From Candidatus Thorarchaeota archaeon (GTDB lineage: Archaea; Asgardarchaeota; Thorarchaeia; Thorarchaeales; Thorarchaeaceae): a stretch of DNA of 64,000 nt. The translations under genes were made by a program, and so were the position numbers. The DNA is taken from NCBI GenBank assembly GCA_020348985.1, contig CP070761.1, positions 2,499,445-2,563,444 of the forward strand, in the 5' to 3' direction. This document shows positions 28,307 through 37,850 of the stretch, piece by piece. Each line of letters starts with the position of its first letter. Position 1 is the stretch's first letter. The notes below the pieces were generated by a model. It saw only the letters and a program-made list of their open reading frames with translations, was not told the DNA's origin and did not search any database.

Positions 28307-30316
28307 CTAGATTCCTGTCATTGCCGACGCTCTTGTTTTGAGAATTGCGTTAGTTATTGAGATTACTATCATTTGCAACAGCATCATCACAACACCCAGA
28401 GATGCTGCCGGACCAATTCCAAAGAGCGGTGGCAATCCTCGGTAGACCTGGTCAATCCAAAACGTCAATGGCGCTTGACCGTAGTTTGCCCCACCCAGCA
28501 AGAGACTTGTGCTGACTTCACTGACCGAGTAGACGAATGACAATAGGCCACCCGCAAGCACACTCACACCAATGAGAGGTACGACTATGCTAGAGAAAGT
28601 CTTGTTCCTACTTGCACCGACATTGAGTGAGGCCTCTTCCAAGGCCACAGGCGTTTGCTGTAGTCCCGCGTAGGCCGCTCGCACTGTAAACGGGAACTTC
28701 CTTACTGTGAACGACATAATAATCATGAACACTGGAAAGTCAGGCGGGAAGAAAGGAAGATATGGGTTTGCATAATAGGCCGTAAAGTACCCGGCCGCAA
28801 TAACGATACCAGGAAGCGCAATCGGAGAAGTTACAAGCAGATCCAGAGCCGAATTGCCCGGGATGTCCCTTCTTGCAATGATATATGCCGCAGACACGCC
28901 GAGAAGGATAGTTGCAAAGGTTGCTATCGCTGCATAGCCTAATGTCCGAATTATGGCGCCTTGTATGTCAGTACTCTCAAACAACAGTGCGTAATGGTCG
29001 AGAGTCAAGGGTGGCAGTAGGGCGCTAGAACGATGTTCTGCAAATGAAAGCACTATGACGCTTATCTGAGGAATCAGGGCGAACAACAGAACAGGAATAA
29101 CAACTAGATAGAGGAGCAGCGTAGTTCTGGGGTTGAGATCCCTTGTGCGTGGATTCCATTGACCGCCTTTGCTTGCAGACGCATAGCTTCTGAGTGAGGC
29201 ATATCTCCTAATTGCAAAGAATCCTGCCAGTGCAAACACCAGAAGCAACATACCTATAGCTGGACCAATTGGATTGATGGTTCCTGACTCTGCCGAGAAG
29301 TTGCTGTATACCTGATACGCTAGGCACTTCTGAGCTTGGATGTCATCGGAGTAGACTATTGGAGTTCCAAGATCTTCCATACTCAGGATAAAGACGAGGA
29401 TAGCGCCGGCTTGTATTCCAGGCATCGCTAGAGGGAATGTTACAGTTCTGAAGAGTCCGAAGCCACTGGCACCCAGGTTCTCCGCTTGTTCTTCTAGTGA
29501 TGGATCGATTCCCATGAATGACGAGTAGGCATTCAGATAGACCAGAGAGAACAGCGAAAGGCCTTGTACCACTATTATTGCTGCAAGCCCGTGAAACTCA
29601 ATCCGAGTCCATTCTACTCCAAAGGATCCGAAGAAAGCATAGGCGAGATTGTTGAGGAATCCATTTGCTCCCATAAACCATCGTATCCCAATCGCCCCTA
29701 TGAAGGGGGTAGATAGCATTGGGAATATTAGTGCAGTCCTGAGAATCGATTTGCCTGGGAAGTCGTACTTTGCTATCAAGTAGGCAAAACTGGTTCCAAG
29801 CACAACTGAGATTATGGTCACTACAAACGCAACATAGATGGAATTGAAGACAACTCCGAGGTCCATTCCCCAAATCTCAAGGATTCCGGCTTCGGGGCTC
29901 GGTCGAAAGATGTCGAACCGGAATTGTACACCAAACGTCGGATGCGTGAATGGTAGTATGATACGCTCGAGTGTGAAGTCGCCTGCGGACGTGAAGAATG
30001 ATGCACTGACAACGGTGACTAGGGGCAATATGAGAAACAAGAAGAAGACAACTATGATCGAAATCAGCATTACCGCTGAAAGCCAGTCTAGTTCCTTCCT
30101 GAGCCGCGTATAGCCTGAGCGTAAAGAAGGCCCGGGATTTCTAAGGAATCTACCAATTCCAAGAAGAAACCCGTAAATCCACTTGAAGATTCCAAGTATC
30201 ACTTTGCCGATGCCTTTGACTAGTCCGACAATCCCATCGGCAAGATAGCGAACAGCCCCTTCAGCTGGAGAGGGTTCTGTTTCAAGCTCCTCTTCTAGCT
30301 CCATCTCCGTTGTCAC
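28307..30316 (-). CDS. ABC transporter permease, duplicated (FbpB/ThiP-like)
   Basis: About 12 TM segments and two EAA loops (LEEQAENLGA, LEEASLNVGA). Confidence 0.92.
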   Translation of the reverse strand: MTTEMELEEELETEPSPAEGAVRYLADGIVGLVKGIGKVILGIFKWIYGFLLGIGRFLRNPGPSLRSGYTRLRKELDWLSAVMLISIIVVFFLFLILPLVTVVSASFFTSAGDFTLERIILPFTHPTFGVQFRFDIFRPSPEAGILEIWGMDLGVVFNSIYVAFVVTIISVVLGTSFAYLIAKYDFPGKSILRTALIFPMLSTPFIGAIGIRWFMGANGFLNNLAYAFFGSFGVEWTRIEFHGLAAIIVVQGLSLFSLVYLNAYSSFMGIDPSLEEQAENLGASGFGLFRTVTFPLAMPGIQAGAILVFILSMEDLGTPIVYSDDIQAQKCLAYQVYSNFSAESGTINPIGPAIGMLLLVFALAGFFAIRRYASLRSYASASKGGQWNPRTRDLNPRTTLLLYLVVIPVLLFALIPQISVIVLSFAEHRSSALLPPLTLDHYALLFESTDIQGAIIRTLGYAAIATFATILLGVSAAYIIARRDIPGNSALDLLVTSPIALPGIVIAAGYFTAYYANPYLPFFPPDFPVFMIIMSFTVRKFPFTVRAAYAGLQQTPVALEEASLNVGASRNKTFSSIVVPLIGVSVLAGGLLSFVYSVSEVSTSLLLGGANYGQAPLTFWIDQVYRGLPPLFGIGPAASLGVVMMLLQMIVISITNAILKTRASAMTGI

Positions 30317-30354
30317 TTCGGATGCATCTCCCAGCCACGTGACGACACGTCTCT

Positions 30355-31773
30355 TTACGGCGTAATTAGATCATTCAGTGCATCAATAGTCGCAGCATAG
30401 GCCGCTACTGCCGCTGCACTCCACTTGGCCTGCATAGCATAATAGAAGTCAGAATCGTAGATCATCTGATCATTGATTTCCGTTGCCAGAGCTACCGTAA
30501 ATTTCCGGTCAAATCCGTCAACATCTACTGATACAGGTGTTCCCATCTGAGTCGCCAGTGTGTTCAACTGTTCAAGTGTGATGTCTGCATCGTAGTAGGC
30601 ACCTACAAGCTCACCCCAAGCATCAGCAAGCTCATCATGCGCGTTGTTGAACACAGCCTCAAAGTAGGCCGTGAATGCTGTGTTGATCTGCAAAGACAGG
30701 TCATCATCGAAGTCGATGGCCTCATTCTCGAGTGTCAGGTTGAACAACCGGTAAAGCTCTGTGTTTGCCTGTCCAGCCGGTGTCTGGAATGCAGAGGCCA
30801 AAACCGGCATTCTTCTAACACCGGGTGTAAACCAGATAGCCTGACCCTCAGCTGACAGTACATAATCTATGAAGCCTTCAGCCAACTCCTGTTGGGCAGT
30901 TCCCACGCAGAGAGCGATCGGATCACCGTTGACAATTGTCTCTCCCTCTGGGATTATGTACTCACAGTCAGGGTTGTTTGCCTGCGTGTTGTACCCGTAG
31001 AAGTCAATCGACATTGACACGCCCACATCTTGATTCTCAGCAGCAGCCTGTGTCTCGACTGAACCTTGATACATACCTGCACTGCCTGCCATTCTAGCTA
31101 TGGTCACCCAGCCAGCATCCCACCCCATTCCTTGAGTAATGATTTCGTAGATTCGAGTGTTGGATGTGGTCTTTGGAGCGTTGCCCATTGCAATAGTTGT
31201 AGTAGGTAATAGGCTACCCCAAATGGGCTGGGCAAGATGTGTCCAGTTGTTAGGTGTGGGAAGGCCGTGTGTATCCAGAAACGCGTGGTTTACGGTGAAT
31301 CCGAATGTTGAAATGGCTGCTGCCACCCAGACTACTTCTCCGTCATCGGTGCGCTTCATGGCTGCTCCAGCAATCTCATCTGGAACGCGTGCTAGTACCT
31401 GTTGCATATGTGTACTGGTCAGCGGAGCCAGGTTACCATCTCTGTTCATCTGATCGAACAGCGTTGGACCACCGCCCCAAAGGACATCTACGCCGCCCGC
31501 AGCGATTACATCATCCCAGAAAGCAGCGTCCTGTGTCTTCCAGTTTATGTCGACAATATCATTCTCAATGGCATATTCGGTTGCCAAGAATGCATCCTCA
31601 TAGGCCTCGTGTATCACAACGTCATGTCTTGTAAGTACCGTAAGAGTGACCCCTGTGGGGCCTCCTGTCATATTCAGCACGATAATAATGCCGGCTGTAG
31701 CTACGACACCAATCACGACAACGGCGAGGACTATTTTAGTCATGTTTCTTCCAGCTTCAAACTCTCCAGCCAT
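30355..31773 (-). CDS. ABC transporter substrate-binding protein (Fe3+/thiamine/sugar-phosphate class)
   Basis: N-terminal anchor helix, DVLWGGG, GFTVN, IDFYG, NGDPIAL and FIDYVLSAEGQ. Confidence 0.88.
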   Translation of the reverse strand: MAGEFEAGRNMTKIVLAVVVIGVVATAGIIIVLNMTGGPTGVTLTVLTRHDVVIHEAYEDAFLATEYAIENDIVDINWKTQDAAFWDDVIAAGGVDVLWGGGPTLFDQMNRDGNLAPLTSTHMQQVLARVPDEIAGAAMKRTDDGEVVWVAAAISTFGFTVNHAFLDTHGLPTPNNWTHLAQPIWGSLLPTTTIAMGNAPKTTSNTRIYEIITQGMGWDAGWVTIARMAGSAGMYQGSVETQAAAENQDVGVSMSIDFYGYNTQANNPDCEYIIPEGETIVNGDPIALCVGTAQQELAEGFIDYVLSAEGQAIWFTPGVRRMPVLASAFQTPAGQANTELYRLFNLTLENEAIDFDDDLSLQINTAFTAYFEAVFNNAHDELADAWGELVGAYYDADITLEQLNTLATQMGTPVSVDVDGFDRKFTVALATEINDQMIYDSDFYYAMQAKWSAAAVAAYAATIDALNDLITP

Positions 31774-32050
31774 TGGCTCTCACCATATGAAATTCGTATC
31801 GTTATTTGTTATGTGCAGCGAAACTAATGAACACTCCTCTGAGTTCGCTCGGACGCGTTTGAAAACGAACTCACATTATATCTTTACCGATACGCGGTCG
31901 GGAGAATTCGGGTAAGATTATCATGTTTTCTCATCGTGTTCACAATAGTATAGTCCGGCCGCTTGGAGCCTAAAAGGCTAAATAGTGCTAACCATGAAGC
32001 GAACACTCCTCTCTATTGTTCTCTCACAAGGGAGGAGGAGAACAAAGGCG

Positions 32051-33073
32051 ATGAGACTACGCAAATTGGGTTCAGTCTTCCTAATCGCAGCCCTATTTGC
32101 ACCATACTTGTTTGCGTTAGGCATAGCTCCCATGCCTGTTGCTGCTCAGAATCAAACCATTGTGTTTGACATGACGCACGGGCAATATAGCAGCTATATA
32201 TTTCCTAACGAAGACACAGATCTAAAGGCCGATCTAGAGGCACTTGGGTATACTGTTGTATGGGCATGGGGCGGACTGAACGACACGATTCTCGCAGATG
32301 CGGACGGCCTGATGATTGGCGGCATTTATGGCGCCACAGCTGGCTTCGCACAGGCAGAGATCGATGATGTAGCAGAATGGTTCAACGCAGGTAACAAGTT
32401 CATGTGGGTTGGATCTGACTCTGACTACGCAGGCTATGCATACATCAACAACAACGCGAGTGCTATTCTTTCAGCAGTCGGTTCACATGTCTATCCCGAG
32501 CCCATCTCGGTATCTGACTCTGAGTCCAACTGCAACGCTAGCTACCGTGCTGTTGCCAACGTTACAAGCAGTGATCCCTTCGTTGCTGATATCTTGGCGA
32601 ACGTTGATCAGATTCTCATGCATGGTCCGACCTGTCTATATGGTAGTACTACTGGAGACGGCGCTGGTGCGGTGGATCTTAGAGACACGACCATTGCTAA
32701 CGTCTACCCAGTTCTGTTCTACAGTCCTGCAGCAACAATCGGAGATTCTGATCTTGTTGCACCACTCGCTCACAGCGACGGTGACGTGGGTTCATTCGTT
32801 GCTATGACTGTCGAGACCTACGCAGGAGAAGCTGGAACTGGCGTACTGATGGTGGCTGGTGCTTCACAATATGGTGACTACAAGCCCATGTACGCTGACG
32901 AGTACTACGATGTGACGCTGAGCGGCCAGAACCTTGTTCCACAAGCTATCGAGTTTGGCATGGATCTTGCTCCTACTCTTACAGCAGGACTTGATTTGGT
33001 GCTAATCTTGGGTGCTGCTGGCGCCGTAGTTGTTGTAATCGTAATCGTTGCAGTGTTTATGAGAAGGAGGTAG
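32051..33073 (+). CDS. Secreted, C-terminally anchored protein with GldG/IFT52(GIFT)-like domain
   Basis: ATG 32051 after GGAGGAGG, signal peptide, VFDMTHGQ, LADADGLMIGG, EIDDVAEWFNAG and a C-terminal TM ending VFMRRR. Confidence 0.65.
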   Translation: MRLRKLGSVFLIAALFAPYLFALGIAPMPVAAQNQTIVFDMTHGQYSSYIFPNEDTDLKADLEALGYTVVWAWGGLNDTILADADGLMIGGIYGATAGFAQAEIDDVAEWFNAGNKFMWVGSDSDYAGYAYINNNASAILSAVGSHVYPEPISVSDSESNCNASYRAVANVTSSDPFVADILANVDQILMHGPTCLYGSTTGDGAGAVDLRDTTIANVYPVLFYSPAATIGDSDLVAPLAHSDGDVGSFVAMTVETYAGEAGTGVLMVAGASQYGDYKPMYADEYYDVTLSGQNLVPQAIEFGMDLAPTLTAGLDLVLILGAAGAVVVVIVIVAVFMRRR

Positions 33074-33101
33074 TTTTCTACCTCTCCTCTCCACTTTTTT
33101 T
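33067..33101 (+). terminator. Hairpin plus T-tract after the 32051..33073 gene
   Basis: GAGGTAG-TTTT-CTACCTC stem-loop followed by T7 at 33095-33101. Confidence 0.6.
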
Positions 33102-33182
33102 GCCTGAGACTCCAAGGTATTCTTCATCGTGTTGTCAATGTGTCGTATGACTTAATACTGACCAAGAGCAGCACGACAGAGT

Positions 33183-35099
33183 ATGAAGAAATCAGGATTC
33201 ATTTTGACAATTCTGCTTGTATCAGTTATCCCAGCTGGGATTCTGTTGCCCATGGCAACTCCGGCAAGTGCATGGGGATTGACCACTCACATGTTCATTG
33301 TTGGCGAAACTGCAGATTATATCAGCAATCTAAGTTGGGCGGATGCCTATGACTTCTACATACCTGAGGTCCTATCAGGCTCAACAGCACCTGATTCGGC
33401 TTGGCAAGACTGGTCCAATCATCTCTACTACCCCATCGATGGGACCCATACCGCCCCAAGTGCTGCAAAGACCTGGTTTGACTACGCTAGGGACAATTTC
33501 ACATCAGCAAATTGGGAAGATGGTTTCTTCGCTTTCGGTGTGTTGAGTCACTACGTTACAGATACTTGTAACCCGATACATACTTACCTGAATTGGACTG
33601 GACATCCAGCCTACGAAGGAGACGTCAATGCCAATCTAGCCACGCTTGCTTTGTCAACTCCTTCAGAGGTCATCGTTACCAATGCGAGTCAGTTAGTTGT
33701 CGACAATGCCGTGTTCGTCAATCAATACTATAACATAATCGTTGACGCTTACCCATACTCTGAATCAACCGCTATCCAAACAAATGCAACGATTAGGTCG
33801 ATAACCGAGACTTGCATATCACGCGCTCTAAACTCGACTCTTTCGCTGTTCTTCACCCTGACTCAAGGTTTAGACGCGCCCGATGTGACCGTTGCGCTAG
33901 AATATGTTGCATTGTTCGATTTCGCGCACACAAATGACTATATTGACTACGCTGGAGAAGTGAAACTGGTCTCAGTGAATCAAACGCTTGCCCGTAGGGG
34001 CTTCGAGATGAAAAGACAGGAGTCTGCCTTCACTGCGTCCGCGCTCGCGGATGTTGACCTGTTAGTGGTCACATGTGGCCTCGACGAGTACACAACAGAT
34101 GAGATTACAGCTATCTCAAATTGGGCAGCTACGGGAAACAAGTCAATAATCGTTACGGGAAGAGGGGATTATTCTGAATATGTAGACACTGCGAGGGCAA
34201 ACGATATACTTGAAGCCGTAGGTTCCAACATTCGTGTAAACGATGACAATGTGAACATGGAAGGAACGTACCAACCGTACTACATCGACTTGACAGAAAT
34301 TCCTGACGAAGCCGAGACGGTGGGACTTACGGTTGGTGTGGCATCTATCACGTTCTACTCACCGTCGTCGCTATACTTCCTAGACGATGGACCTGTCTTA
34401 CCAATCATCTATGCGGATGCAACAGGGTACCAAGTCAACGAGCGTCCACCGGCAATCATTGTCGTTTGGGATGCACTCCAAGATGGCGTCAACGGCGAGC
34501 AGATTCCGTTGGCGGCCGTTGAAGAGGTTGGTAGTCTGAGAGTCTTGGTCACTGGAACCACATTCTTTTCAGATTTCGACTATGGCAAGACAGCAATCTT
34601 TGACAATATCGTGTTTCTGGAGAACTTTCTGGATTGGGCCATAGATAGAGACATAGGTGACATTCCAGACGAAGATGAGATTGGTCCCAGAATGGACATA
34701 GAATGGACTCCAACGAGTCCCGATGAAGGCCAGAATGTGGCATTCACTGCAACTGTCACTGACCCATCTAATGTTGATCATGTCACATTCGAAGTCTTCG
34801 ATGGCACGACAACCACAACAGCGACACCTACAATCGTTGGAGATGAGTACACCATCCAGTTGTCGGATGAATATGACGGATCAGTCCAAGTCAGAGTAAG
34901 AGCCAACGACACGGCAGGAAATGAGGCTGTTCGAGGTTACTTCACTGTAGCTTGGGGTGACGAAGTCCCAACTACGACTGGAACCACAACTCCAACTGGG
35001 CCCCCGCTAGATGATACCACTCTATACCTTATGATTGCTGCCGCAGGAGGCGCAATGATTGTACTTGCTCTCGTATTCGTTGTTATGAGGAGAAGATAG
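33183..35099 (+). CDS. Surface-anchored Zn-dependent phospholipase C/P1 nuclease-family protein with GIFT-like and Ig-like domains
   Basis: Signal peptide ASA|WGLTTH, APD, NHLYYP, HYVTDTCNPIH and HPAYE. Then LFDFAHTN (GIFT-like), VRANDTAGN (Ig-like), a Thr/Pro linker and a TM ending VVMRRR. Confidence 0.8.
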   Translation: MKKSGFILTILLVSVIPAGILLPMATPASAWGLTTHMFIVGETADYISNLSWADAYDFYIPEVLSGSTAPDSAWQDWSNHLYYPIDGTHTAPSAAKTWFDYARDNFTSANWEDGFFAFGVLSHYVTDTCNPIHTYLNWTGHPAYEGDVNANLATLALSTPSEVIVTNASQLVVDNAVFVNQYYNIIVDAYPYSESTAIQTNATIRSITETCISRALNSTLSLFFTLTQGLDAPDVTVALEYVALFDFAHTNDYIDYAGEVKLVSVNQTLARRGFEMKRQESAFTASALADVDLLVVTCGLDEYTTDEITAISNWAATGNKSIIVTGRGDYSEYVDTARANDILEAVGSNIRVNDDNVNMEGTYQPYYIDLTEIPDEAETVGLTVGVASITFYSPSSLYFLDDGPVLPIIYADATGYQVNERPPAIIVVWDALQDGVNGEQIPLAAVEEVGSLRVLVTGTTFFSDFDYGKTAIFDNIVFLENFLDWAIDRDIGDIPDEDEIGPRMDIEWTPTSPDEGQNVAFTATVTDPSNVDHVTFEVFDGTTTTTATPTIVGDEYTIQLSDEYDGSVQVRVRANDTAGNEAVRGYFTVAWGDEVPTTTGTTTPTGPPLDDTTLYLMIAAAGGAMIVLALVFVVMRRR

Positions 35100-35110
35100 A
35101 TTCACTTCGA

Positions 35111-35140
35111 TGGGCAGAGATGAACTCTGCCCAACTCTTT
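35111..35140 (+). terminator. 9-bp hairpin after the PLC-like gene
   Basis: TGGGCAGAG-ATGAA-CTCTGCCCA followed by a pyrimidine-rich tract. Confidence 0.5.
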
Positions 35141-35295
35141 CATTTCGCCGCTTGATGAGAGCTTCTGATGCAGTGGCTGTGACACCAGAGATTATTCGTC
35201 CTCATTGTAGATTTTTCGAATACCAAGCGATGCTCTATACATTCATATTAGGAAAAACCCAGACTGCAGTGAATTCGAAGCGCTGGGGTGTAGTG

Positions 35296-35931
35296 GTGTC
35301 TGAGACTGGAGTGCAGGATGGACACCCGAGTCCGATTGAGCTAGATATCATTCGGTCATTTGGGTGGTCGGTGATCGAGTTTGAAGCTACTCTCTATCAC
35401 AAATTCCTGCATCTGTCTGCAGGACGCTCTCTCATAGCTGAAGAAGACTTCAGAAGAATCCTCCGTGAAATGGAAGCCAAGGGATTCGTTGCGTCTACCG
35501 AACTGCATGGAAAACGGGCCCTCAGGAGGCTACTCATCGAAGAGGAGCTGGAGGAATCCTTGAAACCTCAAGTGCCGCTAGATGAAATTCGTCTTGCACT
35601 CGGACAGCTCGAGGCGAAGAAGAAAGAAGCGAGTGACGGTCCGCCTAGAGTCAGCGGCAATCTGGTAACAGGGGCACGAGTAATCGGGAAAGATCTATTG
35701 GAGTCTCTCGAAGAATCGTTGCTTCAAGGAAAACCAGCCGATGATTCTGATAGAGTCACTGTGCAATCCCATATTGGAAATATGCGTCGCGCTCTGTGTG
35801 ATTCTGAAGAAGCTTTGCTCGAATATGTGGAGATTCATGTTCCCGGACTTCTTCACCACGTCAAACAGCTTCTCAAAGCTAGAGGATCTGAGTTTATTCT
35901 ACTCAGTCTGCGTCTTGTGGAAGCAAATTGA
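35296..35931 (+). CDS. Hypothetical protein, paralog of the next gene (possible winged helix)
   Basis: IELDIIRSFGWSVIEFEATL...EMEAKGFVASTELHG aligns with the next ORF. GTG 35293/35296 after GGGGTG is preferred over 35110. Confidence 0.65.
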   Translation: MSETGVQDGHPSPIELDIIRSFGWSVIEFEATLYHKFLHLSAGRSLIAEEDFRRILREMEAKGFVASTELHGKRALRRLLIEEELEESLKPQVPLDEIRLALGQLEAKKKEASDGPPRVSGNLVTGARVIGKDLLESLEESLLQGKPADDSDRVTVQSHIGNMRRALCDSEEALLEYVEIHVPGLLHHVKQLLKARGSEFILLSLRLVEAN

Positions 35932-36000
35932 AAGCACTACTGCGTATTCCCCGAAAGCTTCTTACCAGAAGACGTCAATTAGTAGATAGCACGCGCAAAT

Positions 36001-36654
36001 ATGGTGGGGGCTATGTCTGACATTCAACTCCCCGAATCAATGGAGAAGGAGCTCGAGATTGCTATCATTCGCGCATTTGGCTCAGCTATAATCGAATTCG
36101 AAGCAGTCTTGTTCCAGAAAGTGCTCCTCCATTCAGCTCAGATGCTCATTACTGAAGATATCTTCAAAGCAAAGATCAATGAAATGGCAGACCGCGGATT
36201 TGTTGCACCATTGGAGTTTCATGGACGTCCTTGTTGGAGGAAATTGGCAACAGAGGAGGACTTAGAAGTAGAGGAGCCGTTGACCCCTGAGGAGATTCGA
36301 TCGATTCTTGAACAGGGACAGAAAGACATTCCTGTTGTTGAGAGAACTCCGAGAAGTCCGAGTGATAGGCTCGTGACCGAAGCTAGGAACATTGCCCAGG
36401 ATGTTCTGCATTTGGTCAGGGCACGAATGCTTGACGATGAGGAAAACAAGGATAGAGCAAGAAGAGAGATCATTCAGCACTTGCAGGAAATGCGAAAGAC
36501 GCTCACTGATTCAGAACAGGAGTTCGTGGAATACGTGAGAGAGAACCTTCCAGAGATCTCTGGAAGGTTGGAATTAATCCTGAAAGCCAAAGGAGAGGAC
36601 TTGATGCTTCCAGCTCTGAGGATGATTGAAGCTGGACTCAGGGACGAGTTCTAG
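36001..36654 (+). CDS. Hypothetical protein, paralog of the previous gene
   Basis: LEIAIIRAFGSAIIEFEAVL...EMADRGFVAPLEFHG. Confidence 0.7.
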   Translation: MVGAMSDIQLPESMEKELEIAIIRAFGSAIIEFEAVLFQKVLLHSAQMLITEDIFKAKINEMADRGFVAPLEFHGRPCWRKLATEEDLEVEEPLTPEEIRSILEQGQKDIPVVERTPRSPSDRLVTEARNIAQDVLHLVRARMLDDEENKDRARREIIQHLQEMRKTLTDSEQEFVEYVRENLPEISGRLELILKAKGEDLMLPALRMIEAGLRDEF

Positions 36655-37724
36655 TAGCTACGCTTCGCGAGGAAGTTTGACAATTCAACTAGGAATTCCT
36701 TGTATTTGGAACTAAGTGGAGGCTTAGCTGTCTCAAGTGAGGAGTGTGCGCCAGCAAGCAGCTCGTCCATTATGTTCTTTGATACCTGCAGGGCTCCAGA
36801 TTCCTTGAATATGGTTCTAACCTGTTCAACTTCTGCCACTGACATTCCGTCTTTTCCAAGTAGTTCCTTGAGCTGCCTCTTTTGATCATCAGTCCCCAAT
36901 TCAAACGCCTGGACGACAAGCATGGTCTTCTTTCCTTCTCTGATATCTCCATCTGTCGGCTTGCCAGTCTCTGCCTCTTCTCCGAAGCTGCCGAGAATGT
37001 CATCCTGGACCTGAAATGCTTGACCTGCCTTGCGACCAAACTCACCTAGAGCTTCCAGTTGTGACTCTGTTGCATTGGCCATTACAGCCCCCATCATGAG
37101 CGCACGCTCAAAGAGTACAGCAGTCTTCATGTACACCATGTTGAGATACATATCTGGAGTTGTATCAGGATCTCTAACCATTGCAAATTCCAAAAGGACT
37201 CCGTCCACGAGATTCTGGAAGCCATATTGATAGTATTCTAGAACCTTCATCCCGATTTTAGGAGGAAGTTCCGATGAAGTAAGCATCTGAGCTCCGGTAT
37301 TGATGAGGGCATCACCACCGAGGATTGCCATAGTCATCCCAAAGTCGTCAGCCTTTGATTGATCGGTGTCGAAATTTGCTTTGAGCCAATCTCTGTATAT
37401 TACATGGAAAGTTGGGCCGCCTCTGCGTGTTTCATCGTGATCGATCAAATCATCGTGTAACAAGGACCCGTTGTGAAGTATCTCAAGAGAAAGTGCTGCT
37501 CGATATAGACGTTCAAGCTCTACTACTTCCTTTACAGCTTTGTAGCCAACCGTAATCAAGGCAGGACGAAGTCGTTTTCCGCCTCTGGTCATGTACTCTC
37601 TGATGTTATTGTAGAAAGCCGCATGAGTCTGCCCGTACCTTTCAACTTCCTTTATTCTTGAATCGAAGTATTCGTTGAGAGCTTTCTCGACTGCTTCAAC
37701 TTCCTCTATGAGTATTCTCTTCAT
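36651..37724 (-). CDS. Geranylgeranyl diphosphate synthase (polyprenyl synthetase)
   Basis: GGKRLRP, LLHDDLIDHDETRRG, KTA, FQVQDDILG and DIREGKKT. Confidence 0.93.
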   Translation of the reverse strand: MKRILIEEVEAVEKALNEYFDSRIKEVERYGQTHAAFYNNIREYMTRGGKRLRPALITVGYKAVKEVVELERLYRAALSLEILHNGSLLHDDLIDHDETRRGGPTFHVIYRDWLKANFDTDQSKADDFGMTMAILGGDALINTGAQMLTSSELPPKIGMKVLEYYQYGFQNLVDGVLLEFAMVRDPDTTPDMYLNMVYMKTAVLFERALMMGAVMANATESQLEALGEFGRKAGQAFQVQDDILGSFGEEAETGKPTDGDIREGKKTMLVVQAFELGTDDQKRQLKELLGKDGMSVAEVEQVRTIFKESGALQVSKNIMDELLAGAHSSLETAKPPLSSKYKEFLVELSNFLAKRSY

Positions 37725-37850
37725 CTCGACTCCTCACCGTGGGCTGCCTGCCGTGATGGGTTTCGTTCCTTTTTTAGAGTTTCTCAATTTGAGGAACAAT
37801 GCTACATCAAAAGCAGAGCTCATCAAGTCTGGATAGAATCATGCAGCTGC

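Noticed and set aside
35110-35292. N-terminal extension of the 273-aa ORF
   Set aside because: Runs through a terminator-like hairpin; similarity to the paralog starts near 35296.
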